Source of the DNA: Vicugna vicugna | Taxonomy: Eukaryota | Reading direction: 5' to 3' | NCBI GenBank assembly: GCA_013265495.1 | Contig: MU057809.1 | Location: 620,001-684,000, forward strand | Length of the DNA: 64,000 bases | Part shown: piece by piece, positions 29,779 to 41,165 of the stretch | Layout: each line of letters starts with the position of its first letter | How positions within the stretch are numbered: position 1 is the stretch's first letter | Notes under the pieces: model-generated | What the model saw: the letters and a program-made list of their open reading frames with translations, nothing else | Told to the model about the DNA's origin: nothing | The model's database searches: none | Made by a program: the position numbers and the translations under genes

Positions 29779-30953
29779 GGGTCCTGCCTGGACTGTCCTG
29801 TCATCCCTATTTCCTCACAAGACTAAGAGTCAGATGGCACAAGGGCTGATCCTTCGGTCTCTGGTACGACCAGCAACACGGGGGGGTCACTGCGTCTGGA
29901 GGGATAGGGGAGCCCCTGTCACAGGCCTGGACGCCTGGAGGCTGACCTCTGTGGTGCCCATGATGTCCTGAAGCCAAGCCATGCCCCATGCCTCTGCCCA
30001 CCCTTGGGAGCATTTCCAAAAGGCAACCCCAGCCTGACTTGAAACCCTTCACCAGCTCCACGCCAAGCTCAGATCAAGTCCCAAGGTCTCAACTCAGCAG
30101 TGACCTCGCCATGTCCCCCACCCCCGGGCTTCATGTCAAACCAGCCCCCAACACCCTGCGGGCTGACCTTCACAACCCTGGCCCCCACCGTGCTTCTCCT
30201 GGCTTTGCAGAAACACCCTTTTCCCTGTTAGGACTCCCCTCCTCCCGAGCCTTCCCTGGGCAGTGAGGCGCCGCCAACTCTGCCCCACCGAGCCCTCTCC
30301 TGGCTGACCCGCCTGTGGGGTGATGTGTGGCTGCCCCTAGCTTTCGGGGATGGGGCTCCGAAGGCTAGGGTGTGTGCCCTGCTTCAGTGTACAGCACGAC
30401 AGCAGGCAACCCTCGCGGAGAGGAAGCACGCAGCCGCCCGGCCCCGAGCACGCCGAGCTGCCGCGGGAAGAGGAGCCGCGAGAGGGCGTGCAAGCAGCCA
30501 GCTCCTGGGAGTGCCTCACCGTGTGAGCTTCAGACTGAGTTTTCGCCAGACAGGCTTTCCGCCCACCCGCGGGGCACTAAGGTGAGCTTGCACTGCGTGA
30601 CCTTCCCAGCATTAAGACGGGCTGTGAAGGATTTGGGGATATGCACTTATTCTTAACAAAAAATTATTTTTCTCTAACAACTGATTTGCACATGGAAGGC
30701 CATGACTCATGGTCAATTCTCAAATTCGGGCAACTGTTTGGACCCGCGGAGAACCGTTCACAACCTCCCCAGGACATGTCCACGGCCTCCTCCCTCCGAG
30801 GGTGACACGAGCAACCAAAGTCTGCATATTTCTTCCAGCTTCCAGGGGTAAAGCCCAAGAAGGCGCCTCCTTCTGACCGAAGGAGGGTCCTCACATCCTC
30901 GAGAGAGGCGCTTCCTCTTGGCCCGGCCGGGCAGCATCCGTGGCCACTCCAGG

Positions 30954-31106
30954 TCACCACACCTGGCACGTCTGGATCACCTCCTGCAAGGCCCTCACCC
31001 CCTCCACGCTCTTGTCCTTCACTGCCATGGCGAGGAGGACTGCTCTGTTTCCAGCTGCTTGAGACACGAACGCCACCAGGTTCTTGGCGAAGACATGGAT
31101 GAGAGG
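30954..31106 (-). CDS. PSMG3: PSMG3 coding exon 2 (50 codons + TGA)
   Basis: Not listed in the ORF track (no internal start); read manually: CCT CTC ATC CAT GTC ... GTG TGG TGA. Confidence 0.96.
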   Translation of the reverse strand, partial: PLIHVFAKNLVAFVSQAAGNRAVLLAMAVKDKSVEGVRALQEVIQTCQVW

Positions 31107-31929
31107 CTGGTGAAGGGAAGGGGAGAAGACCGTTTTAACTGTGAGAAATCTGTTCTCTTCTCAATGCCTTCACTAAGGACCCCTCAGGAACCCAGACTGG
31201 CTTCCCACACCACCACTAAATTTCAGGGCCAGAGTGATTCAGAGTTAACGTGACTCTCCTAACACGCAGTCATAAACACACTGCTAGAAGCATCATTAAA
31301 TTTGTTTCCTTTGTGCTTGCTGGGTCCTCTCTCTACTCTGGAAGGACCCACGAATGAGTCTGCGGAGGGAAGCTCTGTCAGACAGCACAGATGATCTTTC
31401 TAGAACGGAGCACAGACAACCAGTCATTACCATAATGTATTGTGACAGGGTCAAACTGAGGGGAAGGCCTACATTACAAAATCAATACCTCTGCTTGTCT
31501 GCTGACAAAACGTTGATGGGGTGTGAGAACCATCCACCAAGGGCAGGCGGATGCCCTCAGACGCAGAGGCCTCAGAAAACCCTGTTGCAGGCTGGGGGCG
31601 GGGGTGGGGGCTGCCTGCCTGCCTGCCTGCCTGCCAGATGCTCTACGGCCATACTGACAAATTATAGTCACAGAAGCGCGTTTTCCACCACAACAGGGAG
31701 CCCTACACTTTACCTCGTCCGGCCCGAGGAGGACTTTAGTGGTGAGCACAGGCTTGCTGATGTCACTGGTCACGTTGCTGGGTTCCAGAGAGACCAGGGT
31801 CCCCATTTTCCCGAACTGGGTCACCACCACCAGGATGTGGCTGCTGAAGGCCGTGCAGACCACCTGGGTTGGTACCCCACACACCACTTCAGTCTTCTGT
31901 TTTGATACCACCAATGGTTTGCCTTCCAT
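30954..31929 (-). CDS. PSMG3: Proteasome assembly chaperone 3 (PAC3); CDS complement(join(30954..31106,31714..31929)), 122 aa
   Basis: 216+153=369 nt. MEGKPLVVSKQKTEVVCGVPTQVVCTAFSSHILVVVTQFGKMGTLVSLEP...LLGPDE|PLIHVFAKNLVAFVSQAAGNRAVLLAMAVKDKSVEGVRALQEVIQTCQVW*. Donor GAG|gtaaag at 31714/31713; acceptor ccag|CCT at 31107/31106; strong Kozak GCCATGG. Confidence 0.97.
31611..31635. repeat. (CTGC)n microsatellite in the PSMG3 intron
   Basis: ctgcctgcctgcctgcctgcctgcc. Confidence 0.9.
31714..31929 (-). CDS. PSMG3: PSMG3 coding exon 1 (72 codons)
   Basis: ATG at 31929; phase-0 donor. Confidence 0.96.
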
Positions 31930-32056
31930 GGCTGGGTCTGTTCAATGGTAACTTTAGTTTATGTTTAAAAGAAGGGGGGGAGTAAATCAGTCAATTTCAG
32001 ATAGGCCTTGGAGCTCCAGAATATGTACCACTTGGGATTAAAACAGAGTAAGAAGT

Positions 32057-32142
32057 GGGGGACGGATAGCTCAGTGGTAGAGCGCATGCTTAGCATGCAT
32101 GAGGTCCTGGGTTCAATCCCCAGCACCTCCACTTTAAAAAAA
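32057..32142 (+). mobile_element. tRNA-Ala(AGC)-derived SINE (camelid Vic-1-like), antisense in the PSMG3 5' intron
   Basis: GGGGGACGGATAGCTCAGTGGTAGAGCGCATGCTTAGCATGCATGAGGTCCTGGGTTCAATCCCCAGCACCTCCA plus an A-rich tail; A box 32067-32077, B box 32110-32119; imperfect target-site duplication AAGAAGT/AAGATGT; acceptor stem broken. Confidence 0.85.
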
Positions 32143-32239
32143 GATGTAGGCGTATTTAAAAGCCTGTCTCTGTTCATCCATACAGGTTTCACTCGCCTGG
32201 AACTTTCTGGATTCGTTGACTAGACACACACGTATACAC

Positions 32240-33480
32240 AGACAGGCCGGGCAGAGGCGGGATGTCAAACACGCTTTTGTCTCTGGAGGTAGGTTGGGAC
32301 TCTCCTCTCCCACGCGCTCGGGGCCCTCGTCGTCTGCACCGCGGTGACCCCGCACCCTCCTGAGGGCTCCCAATGGAGCCGCGGGTGGGGAAGGAGGCGC
32401 CGCAGGTGCAGAAGCAGGACCCGGGCCGGTGGCCGCGCCCCCGCCGCCCCTCCGGTCCGCCCACTGAGGTTTCATTTTCCTTGTCTGGGGAAACCACCGG
32501 TCCCGCAGGAGAAGCAGCACCCCCACCACGGCGCGGGGCAGAGGGCGGCTGGCGCTGGACGGGGCCCACGGGGACGCCCACCCTCCCGGCCCGGCTCCGA
32601 CCACGCCGCCCGCCGACCCACCTACCTACCCACCCACCTACTCACCATACCTCCCCCGCTCCCCGCCCCGCGCCGCGCCCGGAAGTGACGCGCCTGGGAG
32701 GGCGGCGCGGGCCCGCCCCCGACAGGCCCCGCCCCACCCTCGAGCGCCAGGCCTCTCATTCGCTCCGCTGCTTCCGCCGGAAGTGCGGCCCTCAGGGCTT
32801 CCGGTCCCTCCGGGGCCCTCCGGGCGCTGAGCCGCGGCTGTCCGAGTTCCGGGGCAGCGTTCGGCTGGGCGCTGTGCCTCGGGGAAGGGGCGGCAGCCCC
32901 GACGCGCGGGCCTCGGCCCGTCGGCCCCAGACCTTCGGTAGAGGCCTCTGGCTTCCGCAGAAGGGGGCCCTCGGGCCTTCGTGGTGGGGACCCTCAGAAG
33001 TGGGGTCTCGCCCCCGGGCCGTGGGTTCCGGGACCCTCGGAAAAGGGAGCTGAGAGAGGAAAGCGGGCTCACGGCAGTTAAAGCGCTGAAGGCGGATGAG
33101 GCCGTCGGGGTGGAAGGGCTCGCCGCGAGCGCCGCGCCGGCCGTGGGGACGCAGCCCGGAGCGGCGGGGGGCCGGGGGCGGGGCGGCCCTAAGAGGAGGC
33201 GTCAGGGGCGGGCGTTCCTGCCGAGCCCACCCGGCAGCAGTCGCGCTGAGCGCCGGCGGGGCTGGGCCCCGGGTTAGACAGCGAGGTTGCCCCGCACGGA
33301 GGATGGCGCTCCTTGCCAACTTGAGCATGCGGACGCCGCACAGCCGTGCAGCGGCGGAGGCCTCGCTGAAGGGCCCAGGGAGGCCCGAGCGGAGTGGGGT
33401 CTAGGACGGAGTCCCGGCGGGCGCCCGCCGCCTGGCCGTGACAGGCCTTGGGGCCCCTGCCCTCGGAAGTCCGCCTGGGG
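32240..33480. promoter_or_regulatory. PSMG3: PSMG3 CpG island / probable bidirectional promoter with an ETS (GABP) cluster
   Basis: High CpG density; CCGGAAGTGACG (32679-32690), CTTCCG (32771-32776), CCGGAAGT (32777-32784), CTTCCGG (32798-32804); minus-strand donors at 32650 and 32645 suggest a short non-coding exon 1. Confidence 0.85.
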
Positions 33481-33510
33481 TATCCTCCCGCGTCCGAGGG
33501 AATGAGCAGC

Positions 33511-33715
33511 GCTAACATTGTTGGCACTGGGTGTGTGCCAGGCGCTGGTCTAAGTGCTTTATATGTAGTAACTCGTTTACTCTCAACAACCCCATTAGGT
33601 AGAGGCATTATTGTCCCCGTTTTACAGTCGGGATGTTCAGGTTCAGAGAACCCACCCCAGGTCACGAAGCTGGCAAGGGCTGGATCTGGGCTTCAGACCT
33701 TTGCCCTCAGTTACT
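33511..33715 (-). mobile_element. MIR SINE
   Basis: tgtgtgccaggcgctggtctaagtgctttatatg ... tccccgttttacag ... caggtcacgaagctggcaagggctggatctgggc is the reverse complement of the MIR consensus. Confidence 0.75.
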
Positions 33716-35354
33716 GGTCCTGTGACCCGCATGCCCAGGTCAAGGGAAGGAGGAGGGACCAGTGCTGTCTGGTTCCTCGCAGGGATTCTGAGAGCCCCCC
33801 ACTGCGTGTCTTCCCATTGTCCAAGCTGGAGGTTGTGTCGGCAGGCTGGGGGAGGCTGGTGTTATCTGAGCCTTGAGACGCTTCCTTAGGGAATTAACGC
33901 CCCTTCAAAGCCGCACAGTCAGAAGCCTTTCTGTCCAGTTTCCGGGCAGGCCTGTCAAGGCACGTTTCCCCCCTCGCCTGGTCTGTCCCCATCACTTACC
34001 CCCCAGGAAGCTTAGGCATCTCTCGTATCCTTGCTGCCTCTGCTCACAGTTCTAATGACTCTTTGTAACCCAAGTCAAGTCAAACGAAGCGTGCTCCCTC
34101 CAGAATGATTTCTGGGGGCCTAAAAGAAGAGGCATGTGTACAAAACACGATCAAAACTGGCGTAAAAATCACGGGGAAACTTGTTTTCGAGCTTTCTTGC
34201 AGCCAGTTCACAGAGGGAAGGATTATGAGTTTCACAGCTCTCATACTCAAAAGGGGAGAAACATACCAATTTCTCAGGAGAGTCTAAGGTTTTGTTGGTT
34301 CTAAATTTAAACACACACCTACCCACCCACACCCCAAAAGCAAATTGACAATGTGTTACCACATGAAACCTTTACAAGTTTCGTTTACTTGTATTCACCT
34401 TTCGTGCACTCTCTCTGTAGGCAAATAGACACAAGAAATCTGACCCTCCCCCAAAATCCCCTAACCCTGAAATATACTTGTCACCTTTATACAAGAGTAA
34501 AAGAGATGTTGGAGGACAAACTGGATGGTGTTTTGATGACACTGTGGCTGTCTTTTGATCTGGATCTCTGGTGAAGACTGAGCACAGGAAACAGGAGGTG
34601 GGAGGGTGAGGTGGCGGCAGTCCTGGGAGGGAGCTTCCTGGTGGCCCAGGGATGTGTGGGCGGGAGTCACACACTTAGAACAGCGGGGTGAGAGCTCACT
34701 GCCTACCGCTGACTGTTCCCCAGGGCAAGGCGGTACCTGAACTGGAAAGGAAGAGCCCCTAAGTGAATTCACTAACAGTGGGAATCAAATAGGAGTAACA
34801 TCAATAGTGGGGCAGAGGAGTTTGAGAATTCATCCTGAAAAAAGGGCAGGGGGATATTTGCATTTGTCTTGTCCTCAAGGAAATTTAGGTTATGAATGCA
34901 ATTATAAGTTAATTTGTTGAACCAACAAAAGAGTAACCAAGTGTTGCTTCGGCGGGGTCATAGTTTTCCCAACAGACTGTACAATACCTCTACCCGTTGT
35001 CCACGTCATGTGTGGTTTCCTCAGCTCCGACAGGGAGGATCGGCTGCACAAAGGCCTGTGCAAGGACATGGTCCCTCTCCCCAAGAATGTCTCTCTGTCC
35101 TTTGATATTCAAACCACTTCTTGTCGAAGTACCGCCCTGCCTGTCGTTAGCCTCCTCACTTCCTGTCCCCAGTCGCCTGCCGGTTCTGGTGCATCGGGAG
35201 GGACGTCTGAGCGAAGCCCAGCTGTACGAACAGTCACTTCGTTAGTGAAACTCTTTGTGTCTGTTTAGCTCTGCAGGCTCCCGGGTGATCGGCATGCCAC
35301 CCATCAGGACCTCCCGGGCATCACGGTCTGGGAGTGGCTAGGGCTCGGGGCCTC

Positions 35355-35480
35355 AGGATCAACCAGGGCCATCCTCACTAACTTTGTGCCTTTGGGCAGT
35401 TCACCCTGTGGCCTCAGTTTCTCAGCCTGAAAATGGGGATGACAGCTGGGCTGCCTTGTAGGGCTGAGCGAGGTGGTCTG
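35355..35480 (+). mobile_element. MIR SINE fragment
   Basis: tgtgcctttgggcagttcaccctgtggcctcagtttctcagcctgaaaatgggga. Confidence 0.7.
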
Positions 35481-35999
35481 CGTGCAGCGATTCACCGGAA
35501 CTTTCTGAATTTAGCCGTTGAACTTCGTTACTAACCCGCAGTTCTGTCGTCCTTCAGTAAATGAAATCCGCTGGTGGACACTGAACGCGCACCAGCCGTC
35601 GGGATTCACGCTGGCGGTTCTGGTTGTCTTTGCCCTTGGCCTGTGTGGCCTGACTGCCCTGGGCCTCACGGGAGGCTCTCTCCAAGTTGTCAGGAGGGGA
35701 CTCCCAGGGTCTGCCTGAGTCCTGCAGTCTCAACGTCCCTCTGAGTTTTTGTGAGACGTGCTAATGTGTGGAAGCCTTTTTTTTTGCATGAACGATAAAC
35801 ACTCACTTTTCTTGGTGGGTCTTTTAAGAAGAGCTGGTAGCAGACAGTTGGAGATTCCATTTGTGATGCAGGCCTGAGACAGCTGTCAGATACAGGTATT
35901 TTATTACATTTAGATTATAGATATTTTGGAGTGAGTGAGGGAAGCTGTTTCGTTAGGATGTTTCCCAGTGTAGGTGACAGACAGCCACGTGAAACCGTC

Positions 36000-36245
36000 T
36001 TATGACCCCAAAGGGGTACGGACGGGCAGATCTGAAAGGACGCGGAGACTCGCACGATTTCTTTCTGCACCTCCAAGATCTACAGTCGCCTCGGCTCGGC
36101 CTTGGAGGGGCTCTCCCCGCGCTAAAATCACCAGCCTCTGCGCCTCCGCCCCTCTCCCTTCCCCACGTCCGCAGTGAAAGTCCCAGGGCTGAATCACCTG
36201 GGATCAGCCTGGGTCATGTGCCTGCCCCTCAACCAATTGCTGTTT
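36000..36245. mobile_element. Possible old MLT1J/K-type LTR fragment
   Basis: gtcccagggctgaatcacctgggatcagcctgggtcatgtgcctgcccctcaaccaattgctgt resembles the MLT1J/K motif; by eye only. Confidence 0.4.
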
Positions 36246-36329
36246 GAAGGACACGTTAATGTTAAAACGACTTCCGTGCATCTGAGAGCTTAAAAACCTC
36301 TAAATAGCATTTGTCCCGGAAGAAATCAT

Positions 36330-36500
36330 AAGTGGAAATGACAAGCCATTTAGAACTGCCCTCCCCCAGAGACCACTCACCTACTTTCTGTTTCTGTGGC
36401 TTTGCTGTTCTGGACGTTTCCTGTGGAGGGCCTCCGCCTCTGTGGCCCTGTGTCCGCCTTCTTTCCCTCAGCGGTCGAGGTCCTCTGTGTCCCAGCCTGT
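36330..36500 (-). mobile_element. L1M 3' fragment
   Basis: accactcacctactttctgtttctgtggctttgctgttctggacgtttc...tgtgtccgccttctttccctcagc is typical antisense L1M sequence. Confidence 0.6.
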
Positions 36501-37193
36501 GTCAGGACTCCTCCGCTTCCTCGATTCTTGCTTCCTCGATAACCCGGAGGATGAAATGACATCACGTTTGCAAAAGGGCCTCGTTTAGGGCCTGACACAC
36601 ACAGGGCGTTTAGGAAAGTTCCCTTCCCTTCCCAGGTCGTCGGATTCCACCGGCGATGCCACCTCTCCACGCGCCAGGCTGCTTCTGCGAGGACAGAGAG
36701 ACGAGGCTGGGTGACGTAACCCCACCCCTCACTCCCCGTGATGGGTCCTGGGTCCGGTAAGGGTCCAAGCAGCCTCTGATGGACGTGGAGGCCAGGCGGT
36801 CCTGATGCCGCCGTCCTGTCTCTGGGGAAGGGCTGCGGCGGCGCAGGCCGGCTCTCCTGTCACAGGATGTAAAGACCCAAGTGGCGGCAGCGGGGCCCAG
36901 CTCAGCGCCAGGACCAGCTTCCCAGCTGTCTGCAGCCCTGCAGCTCTGCGGGCCCCGGTTTCTACACCAGCCTCATCCCTGCACTTCCTTTGCCCCCGGC
37001 GCCGGGTGACTTCCTCCTGCAGCGTGGCTGCGGGCCGTGCCTCTGCCTGTGTGGCGAGGCGTCCCGGCTCAGCGGTCGCCAAGACCCTTGAACAAAGAGC
37101 AGCACAGAAATACAGACAGTTCGAGCCGGGGGCTCCGTGACACACAGGTGGCCTCTCGTAGCACCAAGTTATCTAAGAAAAGATGGTGAATGG

Positions 37194-37242
37194 TTTTTTT
37201 TTTTTCCTTTTTTTCCCTTTTTTTTTTTTTTTTTTTTTTTTT
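37194..37242. repeat. ~49-nt poly(T) tract with two short C interruptions
   Basis: Directly visible. Confidence 0.95.
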
Positions 37243-38599
37243 ACAAACTAGGATTCTCCAAGTTGAGGAAGGGAACAGAATATAAAGAGTAAAGGCAACC
37301 CCGTGAACATCGCGTATGTTTCATGACGAAAGCAGCACCCTGGGACTGTGAAATTCAGGTTTTTCCGGACGGAAATTAATGGATACTGTTAAAACTGAGT
37401 CCAGCTTGTAAGGATCCAGGGAGCAGCCCAGCGGGAAAGGAGTAGCTCCTCTTCCCAGGGAGCATTTAGAGATCACCTCTGAGACGCCCGCGGCGCAGGG
37501 GCAGAGGCGCAGGCCCCGTTCTCCCACGCGGGCCAGCGAGGGCCGTGGTCCCGGGGCGCCCGAGCTGCGGCGTGCTGTGTCAATGGGTAGTTTTATTTAG
37601 CGTCTCACAGTAAACAGAAAGGAAATCCTGTGTTTTCGGAGCTAATTCCATCAGGGCACAGAATTGAGAGTTCAGCTGGTCACTTTGTTTTCTGCCGAAC
37701 TTAGTCAAGCTCAGATATTCCAAAATGTAACAGAGCGAGGCTTTCTGTCCTCATCAGAAATATTGAAAACTGCCTTGGACGCACGTCGTGCACTGTTTGT
37801 TCAGTTCTTTAATAAATGAAACCTTAATCCACATACAATTTCGGAGAGCCATTCTCTCAATATTTTAACAAGTTATTTCCCCTGGTAAGAAGCCGTCTGG
37901 TCCCCGGGTGGAGCCAGACGACACCGCCTTCCAGTCTCTGCCGAGGCTGGGTGTTGCCTGTGCTCTTGTCCCTTGCGGGGAGAGGACAGGGGACCAGCGT
38001 TCTGTGCTGCGGGTCCCGGGGCCTTGGGGGACGTTTGTTGAATTGGGTCACATTCAAGCCCTCGTGTAAAGCGGTGGGTCCAGGGTGTGGGAGGGGCGGA
38101 GGCGGGGCAGGATGAAGCGGGAGGAAGCCCAAGCCCTGCCCCGGGGCCCTGGCGCCTGCTCGCTGGCGACCTCAGTTCCCCTCTCTGGGCCTGTTTCCTT
38201 GTCTGTAAAATGGGCAACTTGGCCAGGTGGCCTCCAGGTGCCTCTGATCCCTTCCTCTGAGGGCCTGCCCTGGGATGGGGGCAGGGCTGCAGAGAGAGGT
38301 GGCCAGGGGACACCCGGGGATGGAGCTGGGCTGGGCTGAGCAGGGAGGGGGTGGAGTGGCTGGGATGCTGATCACAGGGCCGCACACCTGTCTTTACTCT
38401 CAGAGCTGTGCCGTGAGCGAACCCTGAGCTATGTACCCCGAAGAGGGGAAGTAAGTAACTCAAGCAAACAACAACGGACAGAAATGGTAGAGAGACTCCC
38501 CCCAAGCCTAAACAAACCAGGCTCTCGGTTTAAATGAAAAGCTCTTGGGGTGGCTGATATGTACACGTGTGTATGTGTCCAGGTCTGTGCACACCCCCC

Positions 38600-38800
38600 C
38601 AAACAGGAAGTGCTGGCTGGGTGTGGAGCACCTGGAACCCTTGTGCACTGTTCACAGGAATGTAAACTTGTGCAGCTGCTGTACAAAACAGTGCGGTGGT
38701 TCCTCAAAAAATGAAACATAGAATTACTGTCCTGCCCAGGTCCCGTCACCTCGACACCTCAGTGCACACGGGTCTGTTTCCACGGCCTGGGCCTGCACTG
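38600..38800 (+). mobile_element. L1M ORF2 3'-end fragment
   Basis: gtgtggagcacctggaacccttgtgcactgttcacaggaatgtaaacttgtgcagctgctgtacaaaacagtgcggtggttcctcaaaaaatgaaacatagaattac. Confidence 0.75.
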
Positions 38801-38840
38801 TGTCGCTGGGGGCTTTCCCTGTGGAAGTTCTAAAGTCACT

Positions 38841-39240
38841 CATCCATCCATTTGTGTGTGCATCCATCCGTTCCTCCACCCNNNNNNNNNNNNNNNNNNN
38901 NNNNNNNNNNNNNNNNNNNNNNNNNNNNNNNNNNNNNNNNNNNNNNNNNNNNNNNNNNNNNNNNNNNNNNNNNNNNNNNNNNNNNNNNNNNNNNNNNNNN
39001 NNNNNNNNNNNNNNNNNNNNNNNNNNNNNNNNNNNNNNNNNNNNNNNNNNNNNNNNNNNNNNNNNNNNNNNNNNNNNNNNNNNNNNNNNNNNNNNNNNNN
39101 NNNNNNNNNNNNNNNNNNNNNNNNNNNNNNNNNNNNNNNNNNNNNNNNNNNNNNNNNNNNNNNNNNNNNNNNNNNNNNNNNNNNNNNNNNNNNNNNNNNN
39201 NNNNNNNNNNNNNATCCATCCATCTATCCTTCCATTCTTA
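38841..39240. repeat. (TCCA)n-type microsatellite, mostly unresolved (gap 38882-39213)
   Basis: catccatcca on both flanks of the gap. Confidence 0.7.
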
Positions 39241-40899
39241 CATCCATCACTCAGTGAACCTTTGCTGCTAGGAGCTAGTCTGAGTGGCCTCCCACCGGTT
39301 TACTGCTGAGATGAGACCGATGATGAGTATGTAACTACAGGTCCAGCAGAGCCAGGTAAAAACAGGAACCACCCCCTCCCAGCAAATGGAGCAGGCAAGA
39401 CCTTCGGAGGAGGTTGAAGGGAAGGAGGAGATACTCCTCTAGGAAAACAGCTTCTAAAAACGAAGACAGTGATTCATAAGCAAAGAGGTCCTTGGTTACA
39501 CAGGATCTCCTGCCTGGTGAAAAAGGCTGGTCACGACCCTGCGTCACAGAGGTGACCCTGAAGGGGTGGTGGGGCTGAAGAATTAGGTGGGACTTCCAGT
39601 TTCCATGTTCATGCATTTCTGCACTGTGTGCATTTTCAGCACACTTCCGAGAAAAAAAGGGGAAGCGGGACGTGTACTCACAGCCATCGTAGCCGGGGTC
39701 TTGCACCCCTTAGAGGCAGCCACAGCCCCCAGGAGAATCCAGCAGGGGAATCTGAGTGGGCGGGCTGGCAGGGCTGAGCTGCTCAGTGGCCCCAGGGAGA
39801 TCTGGGCGGGGAGTGCCTGTGTTACCAGGGAACACCTCTGGGGGGCAGCAGAGGCCGCAGAACAGCCTCAGCACGTGGAGCAGGGATAGGGCTGAATCCA
39901 GTGTGCTCGGAGGAACCAAGGAGCCCTGTCTTCCTCCTCCTCCTCCCCCTCCCCGCTGAGAAGAGGGCCTCCTCCTTCCCTCCAGCCCTTCCCACCCCCA
40001 CCCGCCCTTCTTNNNNNNNNNNNNNNNNNNNNNNNNNNNNNNNNNNNNNNNNNNNNNNNNNNNNNNNNNNNNNNNNNNNNNNNNNNNNNNNNNNNNNNNN
40101 NNNNNNNNNNNNNNNNNNNNNNNNNNNNNNNNNNNNNNNNNNNNNNNNNNNNNNNNNNNNNNNNNNNNNNNNNNNNNNNNNNNNNNNNNNNNNNNNNNNN
40201 NNNNNNNNNNNNNNNNNNNNNNNNNNNNNNNNNNNNCACTTTCTTATCTGGTGTCTCCCTCTCTCCATCCAGTCATCTAATGAAGAGTTCTTTGTCCTTC
40301 AAAGGTGTCAACATCTGTAATTTATGTCCCAGGCACTGGGGAAACTTGAGGGCCATAGCAAGAAGTCCAGGTCCAACCTGCAGTTCCCTGTGGAGACCGT
40401 CAGGCACTCACAGGTAGCAGGATTATAAATCAGACTGCAACGTGAGCTTTCAAAGTCAGGACTAGGAAATATAAGTTGGACTAGACTGTCGGCCATAATA
40501 AAACACAAAGTGAGTACATGCTGGCCTCTCTGTCCCCCATAGTCACTATTATTGGGCCTCAGGGTTAGCTTTGAGCTTCCTGGTAGCCACAGATAAAAGG
40601 GAAACAAGATCAGGCACCCAGGTACCTACCTCATTGTCCATGGTCAGAAGCACAAGGCTGTCCAGACTCCTGCAGGGATGGCCGTTCCCTCCTGGGGCTT
40701 TCTTCAGGGGCCTGCTGGGTGTCAGGGCGATGCCTGGGCACTCTCACTGCCTCTTGCTGGGCTGTGGCCCCAGGGTCACTCAGACAGGACTGGAGGATTC
40801 GGGTCACGGGGAGCAGGGACCCAGTCCCACTCGGGGCTAAGCTTGAGGAGCTGAGGGCCTTGACAGTCTCTGGGGAAACTGCAGGGCTCTTGCCAGGCT

Positions 40900-41130
40900 C
40901 GGTTTTAGTTTTTGTAACTTGAAAAAATGGAGGCATGATTTGCATATGGCTGATGCACTGGGTGTGCGGTTCTGGGATTTGACCAACGTGTGTGATCGTG
41001 TAACCATGACCGCAGTGCCACCATCCCCTGGTTCCCTCCGGTCAGCCCAGAGCCTGTGACCCCTGGGCTGTACCCTGTCCCTGTGGTTTTGCCTTTTGCA
41101 GGATGTCATCTGAACGGAACCCCACGGGAG
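40900..41130 (-). mobile_element. L1M 3' fragment
   Basis: tttgaccaacgtgtgtgatcgtgtaaccatgacc ... tgtccctgtggttttgccttttgcaggatgtcatctgaacggaac. Confidence 0.6.
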
Positions 41131-41165
41131 GGGCTGGCAGGGCTGTGGGGAGGGTGAGCTGTGCT

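Noticed and set aside
31474-31713. C-terminal extension of the 151-aa PSMG3 ORF
   Set aside because: Read-through into the intron past the GAG|gtaaag donor; the true C-terminus is in exon 30954-31106.
32057-32131. Functional tRNA-Ala(AGC) gene
   Set aside because: The acceptor stem has about three mismatches, there are extra 5' G's, an A-rich tail and a TSD-like flank, and a degenerate sibling with the SINE tail lies at 41390-41514. This is a SINE, not a tRNA.
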